This document shows, one piece after another, positions 15,908 to 24,558 of a stretch of DNA of 32,000 nt. The stretch is from Klebsiella phage vB_KpnS_Uniso31. Each line of letters begins with the position of its first letter. The first letter of the stretch is position 1. The notes under the pieces were generated by a model that searched no databases, had not been told where the DNA came from, and saw only the letters and a program-made list of their open reading frames with translations. The translations under genes were made by a program, and so were the position numbers. The stretch is from sequence record ON637170.1, one strand, 5' to 3'.

Positions 15908-18900
15908 ATGACAGATAGACTAATACGAGAATTACTTGTAGATATCAAGCAGCGTGGTGGATCCAAAGCCGCTAAGCAAATCAGGGATGTTGAAGCTGCT
16001 TTAGACGGAGCTGCTCAGAGCTCAGAGGGTCTAAATACAAGCTTGGGCAAACTTCCTGGGTCTTTCACGGCACTGGAACGATCTGTATCACGTACTGCTA
16101 AGTCGCTGGAGAAACTATCCTCGACCACCAGCATTACAGCATTAGCAGCGTCTATCGGCATGCTAAGCGGCAAGTTTACCTCGTTCGAGGTTGACTTGGC
16201 TAAATCCGTACTAAAAATCAACGCAAACCTAAACGGGGTGACTTCCGCCGCTAACAAAATGGCCTCTGGTTTTGACACTGCAGCCACTTCTTCGGTTGCG
16301 GACTTAAACCGCGTCAATAAGGCTCTTCAGGAGTTAGATGCGCACGCCTCTTCAGTAGCTAAAGTGTTACAGACCTTGAAGGCAGGGGCCGGGTTAGAAT
16401 CTATTAGCTCTAGTGCTGCTAAGGCTAGTACGGATCTTAGCCACTTAGTATCTGGGGTGGAAAAGATAGGTAACCAATTAGCTAGGATGGCGGAGCAAGC
16501 CGTGCAGGCAGGCAGGTCTCTTCAGGGGCTGAAAGCCGACTCCTTAGGGGCTGCCGGAGAGCATCTGAGTAAGGCTGCGTCCGGGATTTCCGTAGCTGTA
16601 TCCTCTATGGGCGAAGAGGTGAACAAGCTAAACAAACTACTTCTTGAGTTATCAGTAAAAGCTGATTTAGCGAGTAAATCTATAGCAAATATTGCACCAG
16701 GGACCAAACTGGATAGTCTGGGAACTGAAATCCAGAAGATTAATACTAGTTTAGCCACTGCAGCCAATACCTCGGTAGCTGAGATATCTAAGATTAAAGC
16801 AGCCCTTACGTCTTTAGTATCCTCTACCTCTACAGCTGCCGCTTCAATGAAAACCGTAGGAACGGGAAGCGGTCTGAGTAAGTTAATCTCAGAGATATCA
16901 ACAGCCACCTCAGCTTCCACTTCGGATATCTCTAAAGTAACAGCCGCTTTAAAACAGCTTAACGTAGATGCTACGGCAGCAGGAAAAGCACTGCAGAGCA
17001 TTAAAGCAGGGGCAAATCTTTCTTCTGTACCTACAGTTGTTGGAAAGATAGGTACTTCAATGACGCAGTTGCGTGCTCAGTTAGAAGGATCTGTAACCGG
17101 TATCGAGAAAAGCCTAAATGATCTATCTAGAGCTTTTGCCACTATGGGAGGCACGGGAAACCTGAATCCACTGGGTAACTCCATCAGAGGTATGATCCCG
17201 TCACTCACCCAGCTGGCTAAGGCCGCTGTGCAAGTTAACTCCGCTCTGTCAAAAATACAGGCAGGCAGGGGCGTACTTCAATTACCTACCCAATTCAAAG
17301 CAGTAACGGCCTCCTTAAATGCCTTGGAAACTAAGCTGGCTTCCACGTCTCAAATACTAGAGCGCGGATTCTCCAAGGGATTTCAGGATATGGCGTCTAA
17401 ATCAACCTCGTCATCTACGAGAATGATTAACAACTTCCAGAAAGTGGTACCGGAGCTTAACGCTATTGAAGCTGCTGCGATACGTTCTGCTGCTGCAATA
17501 GACAAGCTAATAGCCAAACGTATACGCCTCGGACAAGCTGGGGGAGGTGGTAACCCTGCAGCGTTCAATATGGGTGCCTTAGTAGCGGAAATGAACAGGA
17601 TTGTAACCTCCATTGAAGCTATGGGCAACAAAATGAATACCACCATGGCTGATATGGCACGGAGTACGGACAAGGTATCTGACAAATTAACAGATCTAAA
17701 CTCAGGCGTTCGGGATGTTAATACTGGTTTAGGTGGGTTGAATTCAACGTTAACGGGTACTGGTAGCGCTGCTAATAGAGCGTCCAGAGCGTTGGGAAAT
17801 ACTTCAGGATCTGCTCGTGGGGCTACTAGGAACTTCGCAGCACTAGCTATGGTGACTGGCCCTATGCCTCTTATCTACGGTGCTATAGCCTCTAACGTAT
17901 ACGTGCTTAAAGCAGCGTTTGATCAGCTAAAACTTGGGGACCAGCTGAACCGCTTAGAACAGTTTGGCTCTATCGTAGGGGCGAAGACAGGTACACCTAT
18001 TCAGTCCCTTGCTGTGGCACTGCAGGAAGCTACGGGCCACGCGGTATCCTTTGAAGAGGCAATGCGTCAAGCATCTACTGCGGCCGCATATGGTTTCGAT
18101 GCTAAACAGATTAGCGAGTTTGCACTAGTTGCACGTAGGGCAGCAGCTACTCTGGGCGTTGATATGACCGATGCACTAAACCGTGTAATCAAGGGTGTAT
18201 CTAAGCAGGAAATCGAACTTCTAGACGAATTAGGTGTAACCATACGTTTAAATGATGCGTATGCCGAGTACGTTAAAATACTTAATGCGGCTAACACTGG
18301 TATAACGTATAATATCCAGGGCCTAACTTCCTTCCAGAAGCAGCAGGCGTATGCTAATGCGGTAGTAGCGGAATCTACTAAACGCTTCGGCTACCTTGAT
18401 GAGGTACTACGAGCAACCCCATGGGAGCAATTTGCGGCTAATGCGGATTCTGCATTACGCAAGGTTCAACAAGCGGCTGCTAAATATCTGGGTCCAGTTA
18501 TTGCATCTATAAACGCAGCGTTCTATACGTCTAAGGCTTCGGTATCCGCAGAGGCAGCTACTGCCCAGCAAGAGTCGATTAAGCAAATGGACGGTAAAGA
18601 CTCTAACGCAGTGGTCATGAACCTTGAGGCTTCTCAGAAAGGCTTGGATGATGCAGTCAAAGCAAAAGAGGAAGTAAAAAATAAGCTCGCAGCTCTTAAT
18701 AAGGAGATAATGGATAGAGAGGCGAAGATGGATATGTCCACTGCACTGGCCACAGCCGCCAACTATAGTGGGTTCGGTAATCTGCTTACCCTGGGAGCCT
18801 CTAAAGCTAACAAAGAATTTACACAACAGACTGCAGATATGCGTAGACAGGCGTATATGTTACAGCAGGAGTTAGCAGATTCTGCGGGAGCTATCCAAAA

Positions 18901-20986
18901 ATGGAAAGACGCTAGGGACTCCGCTCTATCTAAGGCTCAGAAAGAAAACCCAGAACTGGCGGGGAAACTTAACATAGGTCAGAACGTTGAAGCAAGTAAT
19001 GGACTATACACCTTTGACAACGCAGCATTAGACGGGGCAGTTGCTCTACGGAAGGAGTTCAATAATATAAAGAAAACTTCCGGAGATCTGAGCAACGATA
19101 TCCAGAACTTTGCACAGGACTCTAATACTGCGTCTAGAGCTACTGCAGCACTGGGTGATGCACTTAAGGCGGTTGAGTCATTGGCGGGTGGGTCTACGGA
19201 AAAAGCCAATCAAATGACCAAGGACCTTAATTTGGGCTATTCCACCGTAACCGAGATGAACACTGCGTATAAAGCTATGTCTAACTATCAGAAGATAGTG
19301 AATGATGAGGCTAAGTCTAAGCTAGATGTTGAGAAACGTATAGCGGAGGTCTACGCTGCCACTCGTAATAAGGATAAGGCGGAAGAAGCGGGTAGAGCCC
19401 TAGAAATGCAGCAACTTAGCGCGAAAAAAGAGGCATTGAAAGCTGTACTGGCGACGAACAAGGACAACAAGGCGATTCAAAAAGAGCTGACCCTGTTAGA
19501 GACGGAAGAGCTCAAAGTGAAGAATCAGGGTATGGAAGCGACTAAAAAGGAGAAATTCTATAAGGACAAGATAGTAGGTATAGATCGAGAAATCGCACTC
19601 TTAAATAATCGCACTATGACAGATTCTCAGTATAACGTGGCGAACCTTAAATTAAATCTACAAGTAGAGAAAGATAGGTTAGCCCTACTGAAGACTCAGG
19701 CAGATAAGGAGAAGGAAGCCGAACAGTCTAGACGTAACATTGCCTCTATTGAAAGGGAAATCTGGAAAGAGCAGCTTGACCGTAATGCCAAAACTGCTGA
19801 GATGCGTAAAGAAGAATTCGAGCGCAATCAAAGCATGAAGCCTCTAATGGGAGAGTCACAGAAAATGCAGGAGCAGCTAGCGTTCTACCAAGAAATGAAG
19901 GAATTCACGAAAGGTAACGCTGATGAACAGGCGCGTTGGAGCAAGGAAATTGCTAACACTACTGCGCAAATGGCGGCTCTCAAAGCTCAGCGTACTGCAC
20001 AGATGATGGATCGCGTAGGACAGTCCTTGGGCGCAGACTATACGCCTACTACTGGTCTGGAGGGGGAGGACAAGAAATTCGCCGACATGGAAAACCAGAT
20101 GGCGTCATACGATACAGCTATCAGTAAGCTCTCTCAGCTAAACTCGGAGGCTACTGCTACTGCTCAAAGTATGGGGAACTTAGCTAACGCTATGATCCAG
20201 TTCTCTCAAGGATCCCTGGATACTACGTCCATGATTGCAGCAGGTATGCAGACAGTTAGCCAGATGATCAGCTACGGTACTAACCAGCAGATTTCAGCAA
20301 TTGATGCAGCTATCGCAGCAGAGCAAAAACGTGATGGTAAATCCGAGCAGTCTAAGAACAAGATCAAGAAGATGGAAGCGGAGAAGATTAAACTTCAGCA
20401 GGAATCTGCTAAGAAGCAAATCATCATCCAGACAGCAGTAGCGGTAATGCAGGCAGCAACAGCTGTTCCGTACCCGTTCTCTATCCCTCTGATGATCGCG
20501 GCTGGGCTTGCAGGTGCTTTATCTCTAGCGCAGGCATCTAGTGCTACTGGAATGACTGATATAGCAGGGTCTGGTGGCGACACCGCCTCTTACCTGACTT
20601 TAGGTGAGCGCCAGAAGAACGTAGACGTTAGCATGGGTGCAAGCGCTGGTGAGTTGTCTTACGTTCGCGGTGATAAAGGTATAGGTAGCGCTAACGGATT
20701 TATTCCTCGTGCGGAAGGTGGTAATACCTACCCAGGTGTCTCCTATAAGATGGGTGAGCACGGAACAGAAGTCGCAACTCCTATGGTGCCTACCAAGGTA
20801 ACTCCAGCGGACAAAGTAGCTTCTGAAACTTCTTCTGGCGGTGCTAGAAGACCGGTTAATCTGAATATCCAGGCAATGGATGCTAAGAGCTTTATGGAGT
20901 ACGCATTGGAAAACCCTGCGGCATTCCAGGCAGCTGTAGAGTTAGCCTTGAATGAACAAGGGCTGAGCTTAAAGAACCTGAATTAA
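15908..20986 (+). CDS. Tail tape measure protein (T5 pb2-like), 1692 aa
   Basis: Longest helical/low-complexity protein in the tail module; ATG at 15908 is the plausible start (track start at 15896 is a TTG at the terminator). C-terminal hydrophobic region IIIQTAVAVMQAATAVPYPFSIPLMIAAGLAGALSL. Confidence 0.93.
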   Translation: MTDRLIRELLVDIKQRGGSKAAKQIRDVEAALDGAAQSSEGLNTSLGKLPGSFTALERSVSRTAKSLEKLSSTTSITALAASIGMLSGKFTSFEVDLAKSVLKINANLNGVTSAANKMASGFDTAATSSVADLNRVNKALQELDAHASSVAKVLQTLKAGAGLESISSSAAKASTDLSHLVSGVEKIGNQLARMAEQAVQAGRSLQGLKADSLGAAGEHLSKAASGISVAVSSMGEEVNKLNKLLLELSVKADLASKSIANIAPGTKLDSLGTEIQKINTSLATAANTSVAEISKIKAALTSLVSSTSTAAASMKTVGTGSGLSKLISEISTATSASTSDISKVTAALKQLNVDATAAGKALQSIKAGANLSSVPTVVGKIGTSMTQLRAQLEGSVTGIEKSLNDLSRAFATMGGTGNLNPLGNSIRGMIPSLTQLAKAAVQVNSALSKIQAGRGVLQLPTQFKAVTASLNALETKLASTSQILERGFSKGFQDMASKSTSSSTRMINNFQKVVPELNAIEAAAIRSAAAIDKLIAKRIRLGQAGGGGNPAAFNMGALVAEMNRIVTSIEAMGNKMNTTMADMARSTDKVSDKLTDLNSGVRDVNTGLGGLNSTLTGTGSAANRASRALGNTSGSARGATRNFAALAMVTGPMPLIYGAIASNVYVLKAAFDQLKLGDQLNRLEQFGSIVGAKTGTPIQSLAVALQEATGHAVSFEEAMRQASTAAAYGFDAKQISEFALVARRAAATLGVDMTDALNRVIKGVSKQEIELLDELGVTIRLNDAYAEYVKILNAANTGITYNIQGLTSFQKQQAYANAVVAESTKRFGYLDEVLRATPWEQFAANADSALRKVQQAAAKYLGPVIASINAAFYTSKASVSAEAATAQQESIKQMDGKDSNAVVMNLEASQKGLDDAVKAKEEVKNKLAALNKEIMDREAKMDMSTALATAANYSGFGNLLTLGASKANKEFTQQTADMRRQAYMLQQELADSAGAIQKWKDARDSALSKAQKENPELAGKLNIGQNVEASNGLYTFDNAALDGAVALRKEFNNIKKTSGDLSNDIQNFAQDSNTASRATAALGDALKAVESLAGGSTEKANQMTKDLNLGYSTVTEMNTAYKAMSNYQKIVNDEAKSKLDVEKRIAEVYAATRNKDKAEEAGRALEMQQLSAKKEALKAVLATNKDNKAIQKELTLLETEELKVKNQGMEATKKEKFYKDKIVGIDREIALLNNRTMTDSQYNVANLKLNLQVEKDRLALLKTQADKEKEAEQSRRNIASIEREIWKEQLDRNAKTAEMRKEEFERNQSMKPLMGESQKMQEQLAFYQEMKEFTKGNADEQARWSKEIANTTAQMAALKAQRTAQMMDRVGQSLGADYTPTTGLEGEDKKFADMENQMASYDTAISKLSQLNSEATATAQSMGNLANAMIQFSQGSLDTTSMIAAGMQTVSQMISYGTNQQISAIDAAIAAEQKRDGKSEQSKNKIKKMEAEKIKLQQESAKKQIIIQTAVAVMQAATAVPYPFSIPLMIAAGLAGALSLAQASSATGMTDIAGSGGDTASYLTLGERQKNVDVSMGASAGELSYVRGDKGIGSANGFIPRAEGGNTYPGVSYKMGEHGTEVATPMVPTKVTPADKVASETSSGGARRPVNLNIQAMDAKSFMEYALENPAAFQAAVELALNEQGLSLKNLN
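16285..17030 (+). repeat. Degenerate coiled-coil repeats in the tape measure N-terminal half
   Basis: Three related blocks: TSSVADLNRVNKALQELDAHASSVAKVLQTLKAGAGLESI, NTSVAEISKIKAALTSLVSSTSTAAASMKTVGTGSGLSKL, SASTSDISKVTAALKQLNVDATAAGKALQSIKAGANLSSV. Confidence 0.6.
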
Positions 20987-20994
20987 CTAAACTA

Positions 20995-21026
20995 AAGGGA
21001 GGACGTAATTGTCCTCCCTTCTTTTT
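20995..21026 (+). terminator. Rho-independent terminator AAGGGAGGAC-GTAATT-GTCCTCCCTT-CTTTTT
   Basis: 10-bp perfect stem, 6-nt loop, T-rich tail. Confidence 0.93.
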
Positions 21027-21044
21027 GGAATTTATAAAATTATC

Positions 21045-21073
21045 TTGAAAATTTTTCTTGATATGACTATAAT
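21045..21073 (+). promoter_or_regulatory. Predicted promoter TTGAAA-N17-TATAAT
   Basis: -35 21045-21050, -10 21068-21073, exact 17-nt spacer; upstream element TTTATAAAATT 21031-21041, identical to that at 6389-6399. Confidence 0.8.
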
Positions 21074-21100
21074 ATTAACATTGAGAGGAGAAAACAAAAC

Positions 21101-21715
21101 ATGAGATTACCAGATCCCTTTACACATCCTCAGTATAACGGCCTTGGGTTTGATAAAGCTACACTGATCGATAACGATCCGATGATCAGAGACGAGCTTC
21201 CAAACGGCAAGGTTAACGAAGTTAAAACAGCCACTCAGTATTGGGGTCTTAACATTAGTTATCCTGTGATGTTCCCCGATGAGTATGCTGTACTTTCGTC
21301 AGCAATTCTAGAGTATAAGCGTACCAGAGGCTATCTCGACGTTATACTCCCACATTACGAGTCTTACCGAGTAAGAGGGGATGCGAACAATTGTCGCATT
21401 GCCGCTGGACAAAAAGGCTCCACACTGGTTATCACCAATACGAATTCCTTATCTGGAGAACCTAAGCCAGGTGATTTATTCCAGCTAACCACACATCCAA
21501 AGGTGTATAAGATTACATCTTTTAAAAACGTAGCAGGAGTATGGACACTTAATCTATACCCTGATCTGTTGCTCACTACCAACGGCTCCGAGAGACCACG
21601 TTTCAATGGGATTCTTTTCCAAACTAAATTAATGAACGGAGATTCATTCAGCGAAGAGATCACAGTTGACGGTGTATATGACGGAGTTAACCTAGTTCTG
21701 AGAGAAAGTCTATGA
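21101..21715 (+). CDS. Distal tail protein (T5 pb9-like), 204 aa
   Basis: Same length and position as T5 pb9 as recalled; strong SD GAGGAGAAAACAAAACATG. Confidence 0.85.
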   Translation: MRLPDPFTHPQYNGLGFDKATLIDNDPMIRDELPNGKVNEVKTATQYWGLNISYPVMFPDEYAVLSSAILEYKRTRGYLDVILPHYESYRVRGDANNCRIAAGQKGSTLVITNTNSLSGEPKPGDLFQLTTHPKVYKITSFKNVAGVWTLNLYPDLLLTTNGSERPRFNGILFQTKLMNGDSFSEEITVDGVYDGVNLVLRESL

Positions 21716-24558
21716 GACAGATCCTTCCTTCTGCGAAAGCCTACCTTGCCAACAATGACAAGATACGATTAGCGTATCTTGTCTCTATCGAACTCCCGGG
21801 GTCCACGGGTAATAATGCTGTTTACGCTTATATGACGGACTACATGAGAGATATCAACTACGGTGGTATACTCTTCCAATCAGGGAAAATTAAAACAATT
21901 AGCAGTCACAAACAAAACCGCACGTTAACCGTCGGTAGTTTGAGCTTCAGTGTTACTGGTACGGATGCCAATGAAGTCATTAAGCTCGTGCAAAGTGGTG
22001 TATCATTTTTAGATCGCTCTATTTCTATATATCAGGCGATCATCGACGACAATGGGGAAATCCTTCCAGTGGACCCAGATACTAACGGCCCGTTACTCTT
22101 CTTTAGGGGTAAGATTGTGGGCGGTGGTATTAAAGAAAGTAATACAGTATCCGGAGTTGGTACTTCTGTTATAACTTGGAACTGTTCTAACGAATTCTAC
22201 GATTTTGAACGAGTTGCTGGACGCTTCACAGACGACGCCTCCCACCGAGGGCTTGAGATTGTAAATGGAGAACTACTACCTTCCCATGGTGCCAAACGAC
22301 CGGAATACCAAGAAGACTATGGATTCTTCCACGCCAACAAGAGCGTTAACTTCCTAGCTAAATATCAAGTAAAAGAAGAACGATACAAGCTAGAATCTAA
22401 GAAGAAATTATTCGGTCTCTCCAAGAGCTACAGTCTTAAAAAGTATTATGAGACTGTCACTAAAGAAGTAGACCTGGATTTCAACCTTGCAGCTAAATTT
22501 ATTCCTGTAGTATACGGTACTCAAAAAGTTCCGGGTATCCCGGTTTTCGCGGATACAGAGAGAAACAATCCAAACGTTGTGTACGTGGTTTACGCGTTCT
22601 GTGAGGGTGAGATTGAAGGATTCCTAGACTTCCAGTTTGGGGACGCCCCCATGATCTGTACTGATCAAACTGACAGTACCTCTCGTACATGCTTTGGACA
22701 AAAAAGGGTGTCGGGAGATACTATGGCAAGAATTTCCACAGGGCTCCCATCAACATCTCTCTCCACGCATGGTCAAGAATACAAGTATAATGACGGTAAC
22801 GGAGATATACGAATCTGGACATTCCATGGCAAGCCAGACCAAACGGTAGCTACGGTACTAAGAGACATTGCTGCTGCTAACAATTTCTTCCTTCAAGGAG
22901 AGAACGGTAATGGTCCGGAGTACTGGGATTCTAGGTACAAGTTATTAGACACCGCATACGCTGTCATACGTTTCACTATCACGGAGAACAGAACTGATAT
23001 TCCTGAAGTATCCGCAGAATTAAGCGGACGCAAAGTGAAAGTATACCAGGCAGATGGTTCTGTTAAAATGGATAAAACGAGTCAGAATGGTGTGTGGCAA
23101 ACATTTGACTACCTAACCTCCACTACCTTTGGTGCAAGTATCCCGATAGACAGAATGGTGATTGGTGACTGGAGAAAAGAGGCCGATCTATTAAACATTA
23201 TAGACACCTCTTATCAAACTAGCTGGCAACCTTTCTGGAGATACGTTGGATGGGAGAGCTGGACAGCCGAAAACAGACAAATAATGCAAATGAACACAAT
23301 CCTGGATAACTCCAACTCTGTGTTCAAAAACGTGCAGGAGCTATTAGAATCCTTCCAGGGGGCGTTGAATAACCTATCAGGTATCTTCCGCATCACCGTA
23401 GAGAAAGATTCAAAAACTCCGCTAGAACTTAATTTCCTAGATACTTATGGGGACCTGGATCTATCAGATACTACAGGCCGTAATAAGTACAACTCAGTTC
23501 AGGCATCTCTGATTGATCCTACCCTGAACTGGAAAACCAACTCTATAACGTTCTATAATTCTAAGTTTAAGAATGAAGATCGTGGAGTTGACAAGAAACT
23601 TCAACTTTCTTTTGCTAACATAACCAACTACTACACTGCTAGAAGCTTGGCAGATAGAGAGCTTAAGAAGTCTCGTTACTCTCGCTCTCTGAGTTTCTCT
23701 TTACCTTACAAATTTCTTGGTATAGAACCTAACGATCCTGTAGTATTCACCTACGATCGTTATGGCTGGAATAAGAAGTTCTTCCTAGTAGATGAGGTGG
23801 AGAACACAAGGGATGGTAAGATAAACGTAACTCTTCAGGAGTATGGTGAGGATGTATTTATTAACTCAACGCAGGTGGATAACAGTAGCGAGGCCGTTCC
23901 TGAAATATCCAATAACGTCCTGCCCCCAAGAGACTTTAAGTACACCCCTACACCAGGTGGAATGGTGGGTGATGTTGGCAAAAACGGAGAGCTTTCATGG
24001 CTTCCTAGCTTGACACCTAACGTAGTCTATTACTCGATACGTAAATCCGACCGCGTGGATCCTTATATTGTGCAGCAGACTGCTTTCACACCTAACGTTA
24101 GAATGTTCCAAGATATCGTGGGTGAGCCTGCTGGCCTGACTATTTTCGAGATCCGCGCCGTTGATATTAATGGTCGTCGTAGCTCTCCAGTAACAATTTC
24201 TGTAGATTTGAACTCAGCTAAAAACCTTAGTATGGTGGAAAACTTCCGAGTGCTTAACCTTGCCCCTGACCCTGCTGAATGGGTAGGACCTGACTTAGAG
24301 TTAGGGTGGGACAAGCTGCAAGAAGAGGGGCTGATTTCAGGGATTTTCTACACGCTTGAAATAAGGGACAACACTAATAAACTGCTTAGATCCGCGAAGA
24401 TCACCAGTTTATATAACTACAGCTACCTGTTGGGCTATAATAAGCTCGACTACAAGGCCAACAACTCGAATACTTTGGGGATTTACAGAGCACTTCAGCC
24501 AAGAATTCAGGCGGAGGGACCAAAGGGCGAGAAGTCGGTTGCATGGGCATATATCTAA
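21712..24558 (+). CDS. Baseplate hub / tail tip protein (T5 pb3-like), 948 aa
   Basis: Size and position match pb3 as recalled; hub-like N-terminus, C-terminal fibronectin-III-like segments (LPPRDFKYTPTPGGMVGDVGKNGELSWLPSLTPNVVYYSIRKS...); ATGA overlap with the pb9-like gene. Confidence 0.87.
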   Translation: MRQILPSAKAYLANNDKIRLAYLVSIELPGSTGNNAVYAYMTDYMRDINYGGILFQSGKIKTISSHKQNRTLTVGSLSFSVTGTDANEVIKLVQSGVSFLDRSISIYQAIIDDNGEILPVDPDTNGPLLFFRGKIVGGGIKESNTVSGVGTSVITWNCSNEFYDFERVAGRFTDDASHRGLEIVNGELLPSHGAKRPEYQEDYGFFHANKSVNFLAKYQVKEERYKLESKKKLFGLSKSYSLKKYYETVTKEVDLDFNLAAKFIPVVYGTQKVPGIPVFADTERNNPNVVYVVYAFCEGEIEGFLDFQFGDAPMICTDQTDSTSRTCFGQKRVSGDTMARISTGLPSTSLSTHGQEYKYNDGNGDIRIWTFHGKPDQTVATVLRDIAAANNFFLQGENGNGPEYWDSRYKLLDTAYAVIRFTITENRTDIPEVSAELSGRKVKVYQADGSVKMDKTSQNGVWQTFDYLTSTTFGASIPIDRMVIGDWRKEADLLNIIDTSYQTSWQPFWRYVGWESWTAENRQIMQMNTILDNSNSVFKNVQELLESFQGALNNLSGIFRITVEKDSKTPLELNFLDTYGDLDLSDTTGRNKYNSVQASLIDPTLNWKTNSITFYNSKFKNEDRGVDKKLQLSFANITNYYTARSLADRELKKSRYSRSLSFSLPYKFLGIEPNDPVVFTYDRYGWNKKFFLVDEVENTRDGKINVTLQEYGEDVFINSTQVDNSSEAVPEISNNVLPPRDFKYTPTPGGMVGDVGKNGELSWLPSLTPNVVYYSIRKSDRVDPYIVQQTAFTPNVRMFQDIVGEPAGLTIFEIRAVDINGRRSSPVTISVDLNSAKNLSMVENFRVLNLAPDPAEWVGPDLELGWDKLQEEGLISGIFYTLEIRDNTNKLLRSAKITSLYNYSYLLGYNKLDYKANNSNTLGIYRALQPRIQAEGPKGEKSVAWAYI

